64,000 nt of DNA from Nanobdellota archaeon. GTDB lineage: Archaea > Nanobdellota > Nanobdellia > JAAOXT01. Of the stretch, positions 60,358 to 64,000 are shown piece by piece; the stretch's first letter is position 1, and each line of letters opens with the position of its first letter. A program made the position numbers and the translations under genes. Location: the NCBI GenBank assembly GCA_018221045.1, contig JAAOXT010000027.1, forward strand, positions 536 to 64,535. The letters are read 5' to 3'. Under the pieces are notes generated by a model, which was given only the letters and a program-made list of their open reading frames with translations, searched no databases and had not been told where the DNA came from.

Positions 60358-62729
60358 TGTTTCACCACCGTTCCTTGAGCGCTTCCTTTTTTGGTGTAAG
60401 TGTAGAAGACGTCGCCTCTTATCAGAAAGGTTTTTTCTTTTTCAGCTTTTAGAGGGTTTACGTATATTGGGAATCTGTACAGGCTTCCTTCTTCCACGCT
60501 GGGCAGTTGGCTTTCGCAAACCACGTATCCTAATTTAGATAAGGCGTCCAGGCTTTCTGTTAAGTATTCGTCTTCCACTTTATCAAGCAGTCCTGTTATC
60601 ACGAGCAGTTGGTCTTCCGTGTTCGCGGTTTGGTTGTAGCACTGGAATTCTTTAGTGCTCACCGGTTCTTCCGAGAATCTTTGGCATAGGAACCATCCTC
60701 CAACGCTTGTCCTCAGGCTGGGAGGGCAAGTGTCAGGCACTTCGTACGCATCGTACTTGTTTTCTTGTCTGACGATTCCTGAACCTGCTTCCTTGCACCC
60801 CGTGTCATAGCTTTCCGCGCACACGACCGTGTTCAGCGCTCCAGCGTCATCTAAATAACTGTTTTTGCAGCACCAAGTTTCGCTTCCACCCGTGCAGTAG
60901 TTTTCCTGCCCGGCCCTGCAAGCGTAGTAACCGCAGGGCTTGTCAATGCTTAATAAGTCCCAGCCCACGTCGTAGAGTTGTTGAGCGTTTAATTCGTAGA
61001 ACCCGGGCGCGCACGCCCCTTCGCAGCGCGTTCTGTCCTCGTTCAGCGTCATGCCGTCAGTCGTGCAGTAAGTCTGGTCGTTGATTCGGGTTGGGTCGGA
61101 TAATTCTTGAGGTACTGATAAGTATATCTTGTTCACCTGGTTGACGTAACCGCTTCCAGCGTTCACTATTCCCCAAGTGAATATGGACGTGCCTGTCGTG
61201 TCGAAGACGGGTTGTGTTCCGATGCTTTGACTGCTCAGAACTGTTCCGTAGGATACAGTGGTTTTTGGGTTGGAGAACTGCATGAGTCCCTGCTCCATTT
61301 TTTCTTTAGCGTACTTACTTTCTATAACTGTTATTGAGTAAAGGGTTCGAGTGTAGTATTCAGTGGTTGCTTCCGCGACAATGTTTACCGCGTCGCCTTC
61401 AAGGACTCCGATGACTTCGATGGTTTCGCAGTTTATTCTCGCGCTGGTTCCTTTTGGAATGTCTGTTACGCGGAGGTAATCATCCCATTTCCACACTGTT
61501 TCGGTGATGTTGTAACCAGTGGTTCTGCCCCTGCCTTTGCAGTCAAACAATACTTTTTGGCCTTCCACTCCTCCAGGAAGTATTTCTCCTGTGAAAGTGA
61601 CGTTCATTTCTTTGATGTCAGCATCCCCGTCATTTTTTATTTCTATCACCGCGCTGGTGCGATTCGTGAAAAGGTTTATCCTATCGGGCAGTAATTGTAC
61701 GCTGGTTACAGTGAAGCCCGTGTTGGGCGGCGCGCTCCCAATGTTTCCTATTAAGCTTCCTCCTGACCTGAAACTGGCTTGTTGTTGTAGCTCGTAGGCT
61801 TCAGGGTTGGTGAGAGGCATTAGAATAGTGTTGAAAGAATTGGCCAGGTTTTCGCTCATCCCTCTGCTCGCTCCTGCCATGACTCCGAAACTGCTTCTAA
61901 TCACTGGATTGGTTACAAGAAATGGCATCCAGATTATTGCGTAGAAAAATATGAAAGTTACTCCGAGCATCCATGTGTAGTTGAAGATTTCTGGGCTTAT
62001 GCTTTTTGCAGGGTAGTCAACCATGAGGAAGACTCCTATGAGCAGTCCTGCTTTTATGAGGTAGCTGAGGATGTTGTAGAAAGGACCGCCTTCTGGACCG
62101 AGTGGGGGGACTCCTGCTATTGCTTGGCTTGGAGACCACATGTTAAAAATCATTAAGTTGAAGAAGCCTTGTATTAAGTCTATACTAAATATAAATCCTA
62201 TAAGACGTATTATGAATAGGAATAGTACGATTATGTATATTGCTTTTCCCGCGTTTCCTTCGCTTTCTCCGCTATCCTTGGCTGTTATGTAGCTTATTAG
62301 CATGAGGATTATGGTTGGCACGTTTGCTAAGATTGCAATGATCATGTTGGAGCCTTCAAGGATTGCGCCAGCAGCCCCGCCTCCAGGTAGCATGAGGTTT
62401 CCCATGACCACGAAGGGAGCTATGAGTCCTAGGAATTTTAGTTCTCCGAAGAGTATTTTTGAGAGGGCTATCGCGAGAATGAGGGTTATCCAGGAGAAAA
62501 TCCATTCCATTCCTTGGAAGATGCCGCCTAAAGCGATGACAACCATTAAGATAATGATTGTTGCCAGGACTTGTGGCAGCCCGATATTGCCAATGTCTAA
62601 TCCTAGTTCATCACCACTTATTCCTATGTCCACCATTCCCCGCTTGTTTGTTTTAGGCCAACCCATTATATAGACGTTAAATAATTTGGAGCTGATTTGT
62701 TTTAAACTTTTTCTATCCAATAAGCGCAA
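60354..62729 (-). CDS. polytopic membrane protein fused to a scaffold ectodomain, paralogue A (791 aa)
   Basis: The first approx. 300 aa contain about 7-9 hydrophobic helices. The ectodomain has NRTSAVIEIKNDGDADIKEM, the Cys-rich block CGYYACRAGQENYCTGGSETWCCKNSY and the C-terminus GDVFYTYT. Confidence 0.65.
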   Translation of the reverse strand: MRLLDRKSLKQISSKLFNVYIMGWPKTNKRGMVDIGISGDELGLDIGNIGLPQVLATIIILMVVIALGGIFQGMEWIFSWITLILAIALSKILFGELKFLGLIAPFVVMGNLMLPGGGAAGAILEGSNMIIAILANVPTIILMLISYITAKDSGESEGNAGKAIYIIVLFLFIIRLIGFIFSIDLIQGFFNLMIFNMWSPSQAIAGVPPLGPEGGPFYNILSYLIKAGLLIGVFLMVDYPAKSISPEIFNYTWMLGVTFIFFYAIIWMPFLVTNPVIRSSFGVMAGASRGMSENLANSFNTILMPLTNPEAYELQQQASFRSGGSLIGNIGSAPPNTGFTVTSVQLLPDRINLFTNRTSAVIEIKNDGDADIKEMNVTFTGEILPGGVEGQKVLFDCKGRGRTTGYNITETVWKWDDYLRVTDIPKGTSARINCETIEVIGVLEGDAVNIVAEATTEYYTRTLYSITVIESKYAKEKMEQGLMQFSNPKTTVSYGTVLSSQSIGTQPVFDTTGTSIFTWGIVNAGSGYVNQVNKIYLSVPQELSDPTRINDQTYCTTDGMTLNEDRTRCEGACAPGFYELNAQQLYDVGWDLLSIDKPCGYYACRAGQENYCTGGSETWCCKNSYLDDAGALNTVVCAESYDTGCKEAGSGIVRQENKYDAYEVPDTCPPSLRTSVGGWFLCQRFSEEPVSTKEFQCYNQTANTEDQLLVITGLLDKVEDEYLTESLDALSKLGYVVCESQLPSVEEGSLYRFPIYVNPLKAEKEKTFLIRGDVFYTYTKKGSAQGTVVKQ

Positions 62730-62757
62730 TTAAAAAGAAAAAGATTAAGTGAATTTG

Positions 62758-63942
62758 TCAGTTCCAGTACATTCTCACGCTGTTCAAGTTAAATCTGCCT
62801 TCCTGACTCGTGATGGTTAACTTGTTCGACCCTAAATTTATCTCAGAACTTGGGAGAATGAACCTGTTGTAACCCCTGTTTATGGAGTCAGCTCTTTCGT
62901 ACTTCGTGACTTGTCTGAACACGAATTCTAAACCCCCGTTCGGAGCCATGTTAGCCAAATCGTACTCCACGGTAAAGTTGCTAGCTTTATCGACAACGTC
63001 TCCCGGAACGTTATAATAAATGTCGTAGCTTGAGACGCCCACGTCCTTTTCAAACAAGGAAAATTGCACGTCAGATAAATCATAAACGCCTCCAGGACTT
63101 GTTGAAAAACTTATGGTGTTAATACCTGTTGTCAACCCCGCTGAAGTGGTGCTGACTTCTGCTTGGTATCTCGCTTCTCTTTCAGAGGGCTTGCCATTGT
63201 AAATTAGGACGTCGTTCAGCCTGATAGACATGGTTCCACTTGTTTGAGCGTTCACGACTTTGAAATAAATTTTTGCTGTTCCGTCTACGACGCTTGATAA
63301 ACTGAATTCTCGAGCAACCTCGTTCACGTTCAGCGAGTACGCGTGCTCAACAATTTTGAAACTGTTAAGCCCGCAAACCTGTGTTTCCCAGAAAGCCATT
63401 CCTTTGAAAACGCATTCTATTCTTAAGGTATGCGTGCCTTCGTAAACATTGTTATCTAAGTCTAGGGAAACTATTTGCCCGTTCACTGCTGTTTCGGAAT
63501 AAATGTTCTTGCTGTCAACGAAAACGTTAATTGTTGGCGTCCCGATAACTGTTCCTGTTTTGAAACTAACAGTTATTCTTTCGAGGCCCGATTCATCAAA
63601 GTTCAAGCTTTTGGTGTAAGTGCCTGCGCTGAAAATGCTGGTTGTTAACCTTAGTTGGGGCATGCTCTCCAAATCTTTGCCGATTAAAGGGTAGTCAAGG
63701 CTGGCGGTGCCGAAATCATGAGTCATTAGGGGTTCTCCAGTGCCTTTACCAACCCATCCTATTCCTATGATGTGGAATAAGTCGTGCTCGCCTAAGGTAG
63801 CGTTGCCGTCCCCGCTTATCACTTCGTTTTCGGGGTTGAGTAGTCTTTGCCTTTCAGGGGGCTGAACCCAAATAATGTAGAACACGAAAAGGATTATGAA
63901 TAGGATTAACGCGACTGGAACCGCTATTTGACCCTTTTTCAT
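62758..63942 (-). CDS. class III (pilin-like) signal peptide protein with repeated beta-sandwich-like modules; first gene of the surface operon
   Basis: The N-terminus is MKKGQIAVPVALILFIILFVFYIIWV. Three loosely similar modules follow, each ending in ..G.N.L/I.I/F....G.F.L..V.. patterns. Confidence 0.6.
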   Translation of the reverse strand: MKKGQIAVPVALILFIILFVFYIIWVQPPERQRLLNPENEVISGDGNATLGEHDLFHIIGIGWVGKGTGEPLMTHDFGTASLDYPLIGKDLESMPQLRLTTSIFSAGTYTKSLNFDESGLERITVSFKTGTVIGTPTINVFVDSKNIYSETAVNGQIVSLDLDNNVYEGTHTLRIECVFKGMAFWETQVCGLNSFKIVEHAYSLNVNEVAREFSLSSVVDGTAKIYFKVVNAQTSGTMSIRLNDVLIYNGKPSEREARYQAEVSTTSAGLTTGINTISFSTSPGGVYDLSDVQFSLFEKDVGVSSYDIYYNVPGDVVDKASNFTVEYDLANMAPNGGLEFVFRQVTKYERADSINRGYNRFILPSSEINLGSNKLTITSQEGRFNLNSVRMYWN

Positions 63943-63965
63943 GTTTAAAGAAATGGCTTTTTGAG

Positions 63966-63973
63966 TTTATAAA
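63966..63973 (-). promoter_or_regulatory. TATA-box-like element (tttataaa) upstream of the surface operon
   Basis: The palindromic tttataaa is centred about 28 nt upstream of the ATG at 63942. Confidence 0.4.
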
Positions 63974-64000
63974 TTTAATAGTTACTGGCAATTAGGGCAA

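Noticed and set aside
1-64000. Search for tRNA, rRNA, C/D-box or other structured RNA genes in intergenic regions, for example 865-942, 2358-2574, 29441-29590, 33548-33680, 44273-44471 and 49455-49598.
   Set aside because: I saw no GC-rich cloverleaf-like segments, no T-loop GGTTCRAATCC-type motifs and no convincing C (RUGAUGA)/D (CUGA) box pairs. By-eye scanning cannot exclude small RNAs. tRNAscan-SE or Infernal would settle it.

Overview
This is an AT-rich archaeal chromosome segment. PCNA, a fused PriS-PriL primase, GINS and the L44e-S27e-aIF2alpha-Nop10-PAC2 cluster mark it as archaeal. The compact fused primase, the small tightly packed genes and the many pilin-like surface genes suggest a small-genome DPANN-type archaeon, but that is inference only. 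All calls come from reading motifs by eye in the supplied ORF track and the DNA; no database search was run.

Layout:
- 1-5.8 kb: PCNA, a HEPN/nucleotidyltransferase pair, a glycosyltransferase broken by two in-frame stops, a DUF134/DUF5320 pair and a parvulin.
- 5.8-11.2 kb: a copper and thiol-redox island (HMA-membrane protein, DsbA-like, DUF2318-like, Cys-rich protein, CopA), flanked by membrane-tethered wHTH proteins.
- 11.9-17.7 kb: housekeeping and phosphate genes (PpaC, HD, PiT, DUF47, TrxB).
- 19.1-28.3 kb and 33.7-42.6 kb: two paralogous, syntenic type-IV-pilus-like loci. Each encodes a split TadB/TadC-like membrane platform, an ArlI/PilB-like ATPase, a small wHTH-like protein, four minor pilin-like proteins and a giant pilin-led adhesin. 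KaiC/ArlH-like ATPases and a MinD/ParA ATPase lie beside or between them.
- 43.7-54.4 kb: RsmA, a Ca-type P-ATPase, replication genes and the ribosomal cluster.
- 54.4-63.9 kb: a five-gene, translationally coupled surface operon. It encodes a pilin-like leader protein, a polytopic membrane protein and three lipobox proteins built on one shared scaffold I do not recognise, including a 1322-aa protein with about 80 cysteines. This is my best candidate for an undescribed system.

I found no rRNA, tRNA, CRISPR array, transposase or integrase.
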